A stretch of 64,000 nt of DNA from Sminthopsis crassicaudata. Its lineage: Eukaryota. The position numbers and the translations under genes were made by a program. The stretch is from assembly GCF_048593235.1 (NCBI RefSeq), contig NC_133618.1, positions 528,398,465-528,462,464 on the forward strand. Reading direction: 5' to 3'. This document shows, in pieces, positions 51,954-63,700 of the stretch (the stretch's first letter is position 1; every line of letters starts with the position of its first letter). The notes under the pieces are model-generated. The model ran no database searches. It saw only the letters and a list, made by a program, of their open reading frames with translations, and was not told where the DNA came from.

Positions 51954-52536
51954 ATGTGCTATTCTGTTAAATAGAGATTTCTCTATTTGATATGTAGATA
52001 GGTGAGTATGTACATAAATTCAATGGTTATGAATAAGAAATCCCTTGTATTTTATCAAAGCTACAATTTTTCAACACTGTATGGACTGGGCTACTAGATT
52101 ACTTTGTACTTATTCCTCAGGGCTATTTTAGAAAGCTCGGTTTCAAATAGCAACTTATTTTAAGCACTATTTCAACAAAGGAAGATAGTGGAAGAATAAG
52201 AAAAGAAAGATTAAGAGAAAAGCAGAACTTAATAGCCTAACAGATTCTCCTTCTTTTGGGATGTGGGTCTAAGAGGAAATAATTTTTAAAATTAACTTGA
52301 AAAAGTAATTTTAAACACTGACATTTGAAATGCAACAGAGATACTTTTTGCATGAATGTTTTGTCTGCTATTTTAAAAAGTCTAATTTTGAAATAAAAAG
52401 CAGAATTTGGAAAACTTTTATACTATATGGTTTACTTAGAAATCTTTCAGAAATTGAAGTGCAAATAAAGTAACAAAACTCTCCTGAAGGATTTTTTGAT
52501 GACCAAGACTGTTAAAACAGGGTTACCTGATTCTAT

Positions 52537-53013
52537 TGTAATACCTCAGTTTTCCTGAATTGTAATACCTCAATTTCCCTGCATTCGTTTCTCTGAATTA
52601 TAATATCTCAGTTTCTATGAGTTAGTATGTTATATTCCAACTCCCCCTTCTTGGCCATTAGGACCCAGAGAATTAGGGCCTCAGGCCATTCTCACATTCC
52701 AAAGAGTCATAAAACACCAGATGGCTTATCTCAAATACCTAGATGGTACAGACTCTCTTTCTGGCCAGCCCATTCTTCCTGTCTCCTGCTTGACAACTTT
52801 CTTGACCTCTAATTTATCAAAATTTATGGTCCTTCTTGAAATTATGACTTACTAAATGTTTCTCACCATTTGCCTTTGAACCCTACAAAAGTCTCTGAAA
52901 TTGCTGAATGCTGAGTGCTCTGCGACAAGAGTCCCATCCAGCAAACTAGTCTAAACTTTTCACTATTAAAATATTAAAAACTTCCTTCTTGCCTCAGTTT
53001 CTCCTGTATTACA
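52537..53013 (+). mobile_element. Solo LTR, 477 bp, 4-bp TSD (ERV1-like), antisense to ZNF280D
   Basis: CTAT|TGTAATAC...GTATTACA|CTAT; 8-bp terminal inverted repeat; tandem 24-bp unit at the 5' end. Confidence 0.9.
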
Positions 53014-53431
53014 CTATAAGTGATAGGAGGATGAAACTGTTCCCTTTTGATCTGTAATTTCAATTGGGAGATCCTAGTCTGGTCAGTTCAAACTGAGAAA
53101 ACATTCTTTTCACAGTGCTAGCCTCCATTTCCCTAACAGCACTTTGCTATGGAAGAAGTCAGTTTTTCTAGCAAAGCTGACTTCTCATCATCCAACAATA
53201 AACTTCCATTTTTGCCACTTAAAACTCTTCAAGTTAGTGAATTCTTTCACGAAGAACCAGGACCTCCGTTCAAAAGGGGATTTCCACAACTCTCTGATTG
53301 CCACTAAAACCCCATCATAAGGATATTATAAGCCTTAAAACTTTAGGATAGAACTGCATTAAAAGGAAAATGACAAAATGCTACAATAACATTTAAAATG
53401 CTCAAATATTTTTATGAAATTAAATTTGTAC

Positions 53432-53494
53432 CTCAAGTCTTCTGAATGCTTCTTAAAAATGCAAAATCTTTTACTTGCACGGGCGCTGTGAAAG
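53432..53494 (-). CDS. ZNF280D: ZNF280D coding exon, 63 nt: (S)FHSARASKRFCIFKKHSEDL(R)
   Basis: Acceptor tccttttttcccttAG and donor GAG|GTacaa; phase 2 at both ends; ZNF280-family KRFCIFKKHSE motif. Confidence 0.92.
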
Positions 53495-53839
53495 CTAAGG
53501 GAAAAAAGGATTTAAAAATAAAATTATAAATTGTGCTATACAATGTACAATGAACATTTATTCACCAACATCTCTAAAAACTGAGTACATTTCTATACTT
53601 TTAGTACTATGAAAAATTGATATAGAAAAACTACTAATACTGTTGTTTGAATGATATTTTGCATTTCATAGCTGCTTGAATTCTAAACTGGGAGATAATT
53701 ATATTGGAAAAATTATAGTATATTTGTACATTACCTGGTACTGACATTCATAAATTAATGACAATAACATTCTTTCAACAATTCATGAAATACATTGTAC
53801 AACTGTTACTGCTGTTTTTAAAGCCCTAAAACATATTAT

Positions 53840-54332
53840 TGTAAAGGGCAGGAACTTTAGAGAAATATACTTAAGGCTCAATATGACTGATTTAAACAAG
53901 ATGTTAACTCAGTGGAATTGACAAGACAATTATCTAGTTTAGCAAGTGAGTTCTCTAGTTCAGTATGATTGAATTAATCTTACAACAAATAATGGTTCCC
54001 TAATAATATAATGATTGGTTTATACTCAGTATACTATAATAATTTAATTGTAATAGAGCATATAAACTGGGGACAAACTCAGCCAGAGGAGACTTCAAGA
54101 CATTCCATCTCCCACCATTGTGGTGGCTGGCCTGTCCTCCTTGATTTCTCCACTGAGACCAAGTCCCATCTGAAGGCCCTCCAGAAAGCTAGCCAGGTCC
54201 CAGGTGAAGTAGACAGACTGTGGAGGAGATAATAAAGAATTTGGACTTTATCCCTGGCCATCCTCATGGTGATTATTCTACTGAACCCAAGGCTGATCCC
54301 AAGACCTCCAGAAAGCTAACCAAAACATTACA
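53840..54332 (+). mobile_element. Solo LTR, 493 bp, antisense to ZNF280D
   Basis: TGTAAAGGGCAGGAACT...AACATTACA; TATA gcatataaac; AATAAA at about 54230; related to LTR 12659-13151. Confidence 0.82.
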
Positions 54333-54389
54333 TATTCATATTATGATCAGTAAAGTTCAGCAGCAAGAAAGAAAAAGTGCCACTTAAAA

Positions 54390-56020
54390 ACAACCACAGA
54401 AGGTATCAATATTTGGGAGTCTACCTAACAGGACATATATAGGAACTATATTAATACTACTTCTAACAAGATGAATAAAACTAAAGTATTCTTTGTAGAA
54501 ATTGAATAGGCCCCAAAAAATCAGAGGAAATATTACCTGTTCATGGGTATGCTGAGCCACTGTAATAAAAATGACACTACCTAAATTAATTTGCCTATTC
54601 AGTGCTATCCTAAACTTAAAAAGGATTACTTGCTAGAACTAGAAAAAAATAATAATAGCAATCATTTGAAGGAACCAGAGGTCAAGAATCTCAAGGGTAT
54701 CACATCTCGAATTGTAAAAATAAATCATAAAAACCAAAACAAGATAGAGGATGATGTGTAGAATGGAATAGGTACATAAATTAATGAAAAACAAAAACAA
54801 AACCACCAAAAACAGTAGGCTAAAAACACAGCTGCAGAGAAGAAATAAGGTAGAAATTGGGTAGAAGCCAACATCTTTCACTGTTCTCTATAAAACTCAG
54901 ATATAAAGACGGACATCATAAACAAATTAAGAGGCACAAGAAAGAAATTAACTATCAAATTTATAGATGGGAAGACATCACAATAAAGTAGGGACAGTTT
55001 TCCAGAAAATCAAATAGACAATTTTGATTACATAAAAATTAATTTTTCTTTGCACAAACAAAAAAAATCAATAGAGCTAAAATTAGAAGGGAAACAATTA
55101 GGGAAAACAGTTTTTGCAAAGTTTCTCTAATAATGGCTTTATTCAAAAGGATATAAGGAACCAATGTAAATTTGCAACAACAGGCACAGATCAACTGATT
55201 ATAATAGCCACAGGATAAGACTTTATGATTTTCAAGAGAATAAATATAAACTATAGCATTATGAAAAAATGCTTCAAATCACTATTAATTAGGGAAATGT
55301 AATTGAAAGCAAAACTGAAGTTTTATTTCATTCTGATTATATTTTTAAAATTAACAAAATATTTCAAATATTAGAACAGTTATGGGAAAACAAATACATT
55401 ATATACTGTTATAAAGTGTGAACTGGTCTAGCCATTCTAGAAAACAATTTGAAGCTATGCTTCAAATGTTATTAGCTGTGCATATCTTTTAACTCCCAAA
55501 TACAACTAACTGACAGACCTCTAACCCAAAGAGGTTAAAAGAAAAGAATGCATATTTTTAAAGAAAAGACTACTTTAAGAGTAGAAAAGAACTAAAAACT
55601 GAAGAGATATCCACAAATTGGGGAACAGTTGAAGAAATTAAGGCACAAGAACATAATGGAACACTATTATGGAATAGATTCCATAATATGGAAATGACAA
55701 AATGAACAGTTTCAGGTAAACATGGAAAAACTTGCATAAACTAATACTGAGAGAAAGTTAGTAAAACAAAAAGAACAATTCATATAAAAAACTTATAAAA
55801 ACAAACTGAAAAACTTAATTTTAATCCTGACTCCTAACACAGGAATGCTAGACCCCAAATGCAGAAGAAGATATTTATTTTTGGATATGGCCAATGCAAG
55901 AATTTGTTTTGCATAAATGTGCATATTTGTGAGAAGGATTTTGCCTTCCCCCCTTCTTTAACTGCAACGGGTAGTGGATAGGAAGTCAATAGAAAAAACA
56001 TTAATTCAAAAAATAAAATA
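54390..56020 (+). mobile_element. Decayed L1 ORF2 3' part plus 3' UTR
   Basis: A-rich plus strand with L1 remnants (atattacctgttcatgggtatgctgagcc; aatcactattaattagggaaatgtaattgaaagc; gaactggtctagccattctagaaaacaatttg). Confidence 0.75.
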
Positions 56021-56303
56021 AAAATCTTATCTAGGCACATGAGTTCATGGATGAAATTGATGAGGATTTTTTCTTTTTTCAGATGAAAAGTATTGGGCTA
56101 ATTAGATAAACTACTTAAAAATATAGTTCTGCATAATCAAACTAAAGTTAAGATGCTGAAAAATTGAGATTTCCCCTTTATGGAAATAATTAAATGATAA
56201 CAAACTGATTTTTTTTTTTTAATACAGAGATGTGCAAAAAAACTTCCTTGTATTTCATTCTGATGTATATGTTTATGTATGTGTGTGTGTTTGTGCATAT
56301 CAA

Positions 56304-56370
56304 CAGCTAGGTGGTACAGTGGATAGAACATCAGCCCTGAAATCAGGAGGACCTGAGCTCAAATCTGTCC
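56304..56370 (+). mobile_element. WSINE1-like SINE 5' half, cut by the assembly gap
   Basis: cagctaggtggtacagtggatagaacatcagccctgaaatcaggaggacctgagctcaaatc runs into Ns. Confidence 0.85.
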
Positions 56371-56558
56371 NNNNNNNNNNNNNNNNNNNNNNNNNNNNNN
56401 NNNNNNNNNNNNNNNNNNNNNNNNNNNNNNNNNNNNNNNNNNNNNNNNNNNNNNNNNNNNNNNNNNNNNNNNNNNNNNNNNNNNNNNNNNNNNNNNNNNN
56501 NNNNNNNNNNNNNNNNNNNNNNNNNNNNNNNNNNNNNNNNNNNNNNNNNNNNNNNNNN
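56371..56558. other. Assembly gap (188 N)
   Basis: Run of n. Confidence 1.
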
Positions 56559-58111
56559 TATATCTAGGTATAGGCTTGTGGCCTCAGCAACATAGAAACT
56601 ACCTGTACACAAAAAGAAACCAGGAGTATGTATGTAGTCAGAAATTTGCTTGGAGGTAATTAATAGAGATTGGCACTTATCCATAATCACACAATTAGTG
56701 ATGTCTTATCTAGAAAAGACTTATCTAGTCCAGTGATATTTTATCACAATGTTTTTAGTTAAATAATCCTTGGTCTTACCCTCACATTATCAATGCTGTT
56801 ACCACTGATATATTTCTTTCATATTTACTTATCATTGTATATCTAAGAATGTTTTATCAACACAAGTAGAAATATTCACAAAGATATTTTTAATTAAGTT
56901 ATTATAATATCAAAAGGATGCTTTCTATTAGATTTAATTTAAATATAGAAATGGAAATGAAATTAGAAGCATCAAAGTACTACCAAAAGAACTACTTCAA
57001 TAAAATATAGTTCTGCCATTTAAAGTCACTTAGATAATAATATATATTATTTAATAAGAATAATGAGGAAGCTTTTTTTAAAAGAAAATTAAGAGTCTAA
57101 AAAAATTTCAGATAAAAATTTAGTTTAACAAAAGCAAAACTGTTGCTAATATAAACATCCTCCCTTTAAAGTCAAAAAATGAAAGAACACCTTTTACAAG
57201 GCAGATTGACTCACTTCAGTGATTAAGCAATTTTCATATACTTTAAAACCAATGAACAAACCCTACATGTGAAAAAAAAATAAGCTTTGCCTAATATTTA
57301 CTAACAATTTCAGGATTTCTCTAGATCCCTGTTCAGTTACATGTGAGAAAATTAATTCTAAAGCAAAGATGTCACAACATATATTACAATATATTTGAAT
57401 GCACACTTCAGCAAGGATTAAAAAAAAAAACTAAAAAGAATAAAACCCACCTTAAAATAAAAATGTGCCATTTATAAAGTACATTGTTATAAACCACCAA
57501 AGTGCATTTCCCACAATACTGTTTAAAACAATATTTTAAATTGCTCATAATCTTACAATATTTAAATTACTTTTATACTTGTTTCGAAAAATTGTCGTAG
57601 AAGCAGTTACATATTCCTATGGAAAGCTTATATGTGAAAAGGCAAGGAGAATGATATTTTTCATATTTTCTAGATAGCTACAGTTATTTCTATCGTTTAA
57701 AAAACTCAAACTTTTGTTTTCTAGTTATAAAGTGTTTAAAATATAAATTCAATAGTTTCACTTATGTGGATATTTGGAAATAGGAAAGGAACACAATTTT
57801 GGACAAAATGTAAGCACTAACTTAATCTCTTCATGGTTAAGATCCATGAGAAATACCGAAAATTTCTGAATTTAGAAGCAGAAGCATCATAATTTTATTC
57901 ATGAGGACAAAATCTTCTGAAGATTTAAAGAAATAAATATTCAAAGAAAAAGTCTCCTTTTCTTAAAGGCAATCTTGACTTAATAATTTTACTTATTAAA
58001 ATTAAAATGGAAATTTTGGGAGGATGTAATTTTAATGACTATGCTTATTCCCAGAAAAGAAATGAGAAAATCTATCTTCCTCTCATTTCACTGAGGACTT
58101 GGTAGAATTAA

Positions 58112-58274
58112 TTTTTTTTTTAATTGTATTTTTTTTTTGGCAAGGCATTTGGAGTTGTATAACGTGCCCAGGGTCACACAGCTGCTAACTGTTAAGTGTC
58201 TGATGCCTATTTTGAACTCAGATCCTGCAGACTTCAGGGCCATTGCTCTATCCACTGTGTCACCTAGCTGCTCC
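58112..58274 (-). mobile_element. Older WSINE1-like SINE
   Basis: T-rich tail then gcccagggtcacacagct...tttgaactcagatcctgcagacttcagggccattgctctatccactg. Confidence 0.85.
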
Positions 58275-58374
58275 CTTTCAACTATATTTTTAAAATTCCA
58301 ATTTTTTTTTTTTAAAAAGAGTTTACTTATTATAAGGCAAGAACTGGGTTAAATGCAAAGGAAACCAAGATATA

Positions 58375-59230
58375 GCTTCTCCCTTCAAGGAGCTCACATT
58401 CATATGAGGAGACAATATTTAAATAATGAAGTATATATAAAATATATTAAGTAAAAAAAAAACAAAAACAAAAACAAAAAACAAAGCTTCTTACAGAAAA
58501 GAATTGTCAGCTGGATGGGGTGGAGAGGAAGAATGACTTTAGAAAAAGCCTCTTGAAGATGGAAAAAGTTGAACTGTATCAAATATGGGGGACAAAGCAT
58601 TTTAGGCATGAGGGGATAGCCAGTGGAAAAGTGCAATAACAGGAGATAAGCTTGTGAAATTGCAAAATGGCCAATACACCTAGAGTGTACAGAAGCAAGT
58701 AATGTGTAAAATGATTACAAAGATTAAGAAGTGGTCAGGTTATAAAGAACTTTAAATGTCAGAAATTTCTATCTGAACTTGGAAACAGGGAATCTCTAAA
58801 GCTCAATGAGTAATGGTTGGTGATAATGGAGTAATTCATGATCAATCCAAAGCTTTAAAGAAATCTTGGCTGCTGAGTGCAAGAAATACTAAAGTAATAA
58901 GAAAATTAAGGGATTTCAGTTATCAGATCTAGATAAGAGTCTAAATTAGGGTTCTGGCAGCATCAATATAAAGAAGGGGACATATGAGAGCCTCTGGCAA
59001 GGTAGAAATGGCAAAATTTGTCAACGGATTGGACAGGAGGGTGAATGACAGGGAAGGAATGGTTGAAGATGACAATGACAATGAGATTGGCAAGCCTAGA
59101 TCTCCTCAATAAGAAGGAAGTTAAGAAGAGAAAATTTATGGGGAAAGGATGATGGATTTTATTTTACATGTGTTGAGTGTAAGATGTCCACAGCATGTCC
59201 AGTTTGAGATGTTCAAGAGGCAGCTGTTGA
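58375..59230 (-). mobile_element. L2 fragment
   Basis: ttcaaggagctcacattcatatgaggagacaa...ggacatgttgagtttgagatg-like motifs. Confidence 0.7.
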
Positions 59231-59398
59231 TAGATCACTGCAATCCTCATTTCTTAAAGCAGCAAACATGGCCTATATTTTTAGCTTTGCTTAATCTAAA
59301 ATCCCCTTTTGTCAGTGCTGAAAAGAACATATTCAGAAAGGAGAACATAACAGTTCTTTAAACACACTAAATATTCAATAGAAATAACCTAGTATATA

Positions 59399-59399
<1 letters not shown>

Positions 59400-59470
<71 letters not shown>
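59400..59470. repeat. (TA)35 microsatellite
   Basis: Uninterrupted AT array. Confidence 0.98.
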
Positions 59471-59473
<3 letters not shown>

Positions 59474-61809
59474 GAGCCACTTGGTCAAAAATCTATCTTA
59501 AATCATGATTCTCTGGTTAAACCTTCATTTCCCTTGCCCTCCACCCAAGAACTTTATATGAATAAATAAAAGCCCAATGATTTATAAGGATTGATCACTG
59601 AATAATTTTGCAATTAAATTATCTATCCAGATGAATATTGAAATAATTTCTAGGTTCAGTTATAATAAAAGTCTATAAGTTTATTTAAATAATAGCTCAA
59701 TAATAATAATAATAGAAAATTCTTTGGAGCTATTTTAAAAAATTACTTCAAAACCTAAAATTTATACCTATGTACCCTGGGGCAAGATATTTAACTCTAC
59801 TGGGCCTTATTTCCTCATCATTAAAAAAACAAAGGAAGGCTGGATCAACAGCTAATTTCTAAAGTCCATTTTTGTGATGTGATTTTTTTTTTTAAAGATA
59901 CTAGGTTTTAGAATCATATATTTAGAGCAGGAAAATATCACTAAGATTAGCTAGTGCAAAAGTTCTTTATCCTTTTAATGTCCACACACGCAAAGGGATC
60001 TGTTGATAGTTTGCAGGGATAAAATTATATCTTTTATTTTCACTAACTGAAGTTTAAGAATACTTTTCAATTATGATTTTTAAAAACTACTTCTGAGAAA
60101 GGGTTCATGGGTTTTACCTACTAAAAGTAACACAAAAGAAGGATAAGAACCTCCAATCAAATTTAATTTTTAAAAAATATATTAACAAACTGAGATGTAG
60201 ACTTGTCCACAGTTGTTCATGAGAAAGAGGACCTCAGTTCAAATTCACTTCTTGTAGTTACACATCACCTTCCTATGTCTCTCTTCAGGGAACAGAATAA
60301 GTACATAGAAAAAAGTACAATGATTACAAAAATTTGATGCTTGAGACTTCTTACCTAAATGGTTACCTCAATAGAAAGTGTAAAGTCTACACTAAATGAT
60401 TATCAAAAAAAACTACAGTAAATGACTTCTACTTGTTAATCAGCAATCACAACTTCATAAAGGTATGTTCAAACTGGATTCATTATAAGAGAAATGTACA
60501 TGCACATGAAATTCTTATAGCAAATACAAAAGAGCTCATAATTCAGGCAGAAACATGAATCTTTATGAGTCATAATGAGGAAGGAGTAGAGGGCAACTCA
60601 AGAAGTAAAATTAAGTTGTCTTCAGGGCAACACATTCTAACTGTACAAAAAGTCAGATGTCTAAAGTTAATGGAAAAGAACTAAGTAAACCAAGTATTAA
60701 TACAGCTAAGTAAGAAATATGTAGCGTAAAAGGCTCTAAATTCTGTGAAGTGTGTTAAAGGATTCCCTGAGATAGGGGAACCTCAAAATTAAAAGTTGAA
60801 GGAATGTCATATTCAAAATTTAAAAAACCCATATCAAAAAATACTGTAATCTAACCAAAATGCAGCAGATAAAGTAATAAAGGAATACCGGAAAGGTCAC
60901 AGAACATTCAGCTGCTTATACACAAGTGATCTTGGAATGAAATATTTCATAAAGTGGGAAGATATAGGTTTATAACTAAAAATAACATAACCTGAAAATC
61001 TAAATATAATCTTACAAAGGGGGAAAAATTACGCCTGTTGTGGAATAGAAAACTTTAAGCATTTATGGTGAAAAAATCAAAGTAAGAATTTTGAAATACA
61101 AAAACAATAAGAAACATAGAATGTTAAAATTTATTTGAGCAAATCGAAAAGGCTATATGATGATGCTGTACTTAACACATACACACAATCTGGTATAGAA
61201 ATACATCAAATTCAACAGAGAAATGAGGATAGGAATAGTTTAAGAGAAAGGGTATTATCTGAGTAATAATCACTAGCAAAACAAACTTCCTGACCTGAAA
61301 AAGAGATATAGAGGGGACAGGGCCAAAGAAAGAAGCTAGAATCTAAAGGAGTGATGGCTAGGTTGCCTCTTCAATGATTCAAGAGAATGTCAGGACAAAT
61401 TATGATATATGAACCTAATATTGTGCTCTAAGTAATGATGAGATAATTTCAGAGAAACCTAAGTAGTTAGAGTTAGCATAGGGGAAAATCATGAAAACAG
61501 TTTATACAAGGACAACAACATGGTAGAGGAAAACTATTTTGGAAAATTAGAATGCTGATCAAGCAATTAATAAACATGACATCAAACGATATGAAAGAAA
61601 GCCTTTAATATACAACCTCCTGATAAGTGCCAGAGGCATTAAATTTTGGATGTGATGTGGCTACTGTTTATATGTTGGTTGGCAATGCTTATTGTTACAA
61701 AGATTTTTTCCCCTCATTTTTCTCAGTTGAGGGAGGAAAAAGGAAATGAGCTAAGCAATATTCATGACAAAAAAGAGGCCACTAAAATATTTTTAAAGAA
61801 TGCACACAT

Positions 61810-61961
61810 GGGGCAGTTAGTTGGTGTAATGAATAGAGTACCAGCTCTGAAGTCACAAAGACCTGAGTTCAAATCTGACCTCAGACACATAACATTTTCT
61901 GACTGGGTGACCCCAGGTAAATCACTTAACCCCAACTGTCTCAGCAAAAAAAAAAAAAAAA
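61810..61961 (+). mobile_element. Older WSINE1-like SINE with poly(A)
   Basis: ggggcagttagttggtgtaatgaatagagtacc...gagttcaaatctgacctcagacac...tcacttaaccccaactgtctcagc then an A-run. Confidence 0.85.
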
Positions 61962-62784
61962 ATTCATTCTAAAGGAAGCACAAATTTTGAAAAGTAAAAT
62001 TTATTTAAAACAATAACAACAACAAAAACAAGTGATGTGATATGGATATTCGTGGCTTCCAGTGAAAATATTTTTTTGTATTGCTTTATATATGGAATAC
62101 TTTTTTTGGTACTTAAGTGCAAAATAAAGAAAAACATAAATATAACACTCAAAAGATAGTGTGGAGCAGTTACTACTCTATTTTGTTGCGAAAACTGAAT
62201 GTTCAAATATTTTAAAGGAGGTAAGGCACAGGGGATTGAGAATATATCTTATACCACAATGCAACAAATTGGATCAGGTAACAACATTAAAAAATGGTAT
62301 TCTGCCCACCCTTAAAAAAAAAAAATCTGAAAGAAAGGAACACTTTCTGAAACCTCTACCTCACAATGCTGCACTGTGTATATGCCATACCCAAACTGTT
62401 CTCATATTCACTTTTCAGGATCCCTTTTGTCCTTCAACACTCCGTTTATGGACAAATTTTCTGATTAAGAACATTGCTAGTGTTCTATCCAGTGAAAATA
62501 TTTGACACTTTATGAATCCACTATATCTCCTCCCTTCTACCCTAACCCACCTATAACATGTTGACACCTTGAGGAGAGGGACTATTTCATATTTGTGACT
62601 TATAAAAGAGGACAGATCTTTTTAAATTAAAAAAAGGAGTCAAGTCTTAAGTGCCTACTTAAGTGAGATACTATGAGAGACAGGAAGTACTGCAGATACA
62701 GAGACAAAGATTACAAAGTAATCAGTCAGCACTTATTAAGAAAAATAAAGCAAAATAATTCCCACCCACAAGAACATCAAGAAA

Positions 62785-63700
62785 GGCAGTAAGGTTAGTA
62801 AAAAATGTGCTGTATTTAGAGAGGACCTAGGTTTAAATCCATGGTTTGCCATTTACTAATTAAGTAACTTACCTTAGACTTCAACTTCTGTGAGCCTCAG
62901 TTTCCTTATCTACAAAATGAGGAGCCTTTAAGGACACTTCCACCTCTAAATCTAATTTTGTGCATATATTTAAGTATATAAAAAACTCATTTAAAGCTGA
63001 AGAAGAAAGCATTAATAACTGGGAAGGACTGGGAAAGGCTTCACAAAGATGCTTGAGCTAAATGTGAAAGGAAAGCAGGGATTCCAAAAAGCAAAGGTAA
63101 AGATGGAGAGAGAGGAGATGGCTGAGGCTAAGCAGAAAAGCAATTCAAAAGAAAAGTTTTTGAAATTTAGGAAATGAATGCTGCAAAAGGCAATACAGAA
63201 TTACTGACAATTTTGAAATTTGGAACTATGGGACCAAAATAATATTTTAAGAAAATTATAGAAAAAGTAGAACTGTTTAAAAATCACCAAAAACAAGTCA
63301 GTTTGCAAATTTTTACAATAGTGCAAGAAAAAAGTAATGAGGACTCAACTAATATGTCGACAGCAGAAAAAGAAATGAAAAGATGAATGAAGATAGTTGA
63401 GAAAGACTGCTAAGATCTTGCTGACATAAAGATCAGAAGGCAAGGAAGAACAAAGATATAATGCAAGGTTTCAAGCTTTAATGAATGGTAGATTGGCATT
63501 AATATATAAAGAAAATACTATATATAGTAGAAGGTGGGAAAAATAATGAATTCCATTTTAGAGAGACTTGAATTTGACAGTGAGTGGGAAAATGTCCAGT
63601 GGCACAAAAGAAATGCAAGACTGGAGATCAAGCAAAAGACCAAGGCCAGATGTATAAATCGGGAACTTGTATAACTGCAGGTTATAAAGTTAATAGAAAT
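62785..63700. mobile_element. MIR (62785-62960) followed by L2 fragments
   Basis: ttctgtgagcctcagtttccttatctacaaaatgagg; gggaaggactgggaaaggcttc; ccattttagagagacttgaatttgac. Confidence 0.6.

Larger units (their letters stand above)
28084..53494 (-). other. ZNF280D: ZNF280D gene, 3' portion (six coding exons; 5' exons not found in this window)
   Basis: The six exons join with matching phases (2,2,1,2,0,2) and no internal stop. The peptide matches motifs I recall from human ZNF280D/ZNF280C: SFHS..SKRFCIFKKHSE.LR-GIT.VCLNCDF, ELKMCQSSENIIL, SSDVSEQGSIHLEPLTPSEVLE.EATEILQKGS. Identification is from memory, not a database search. Confidence 0.9.

Noticed and set aside
56232-56690. ORFs 56232..56567 and 56343..56690
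   Set aside because: Artefacts of reading through the N gap.
57451-57518. 68-nt segment with AG and GTGGGT boundaries (YCGKCTLVVY... in frame 0)
   Set aside because: Does not match the expected upstream ZNF280D sequence, has a weak pyrimidine tract, and contains a stop in the intron's phase.
62255-62310. Minus-strand candidate exon WAEYHFLMLLPDPICCIV after a poly(T)-AG
   Set aside because: Weak donor (GTATAA) and no similarity to ZNF280 proteins; the acceptor is simply an A-run.
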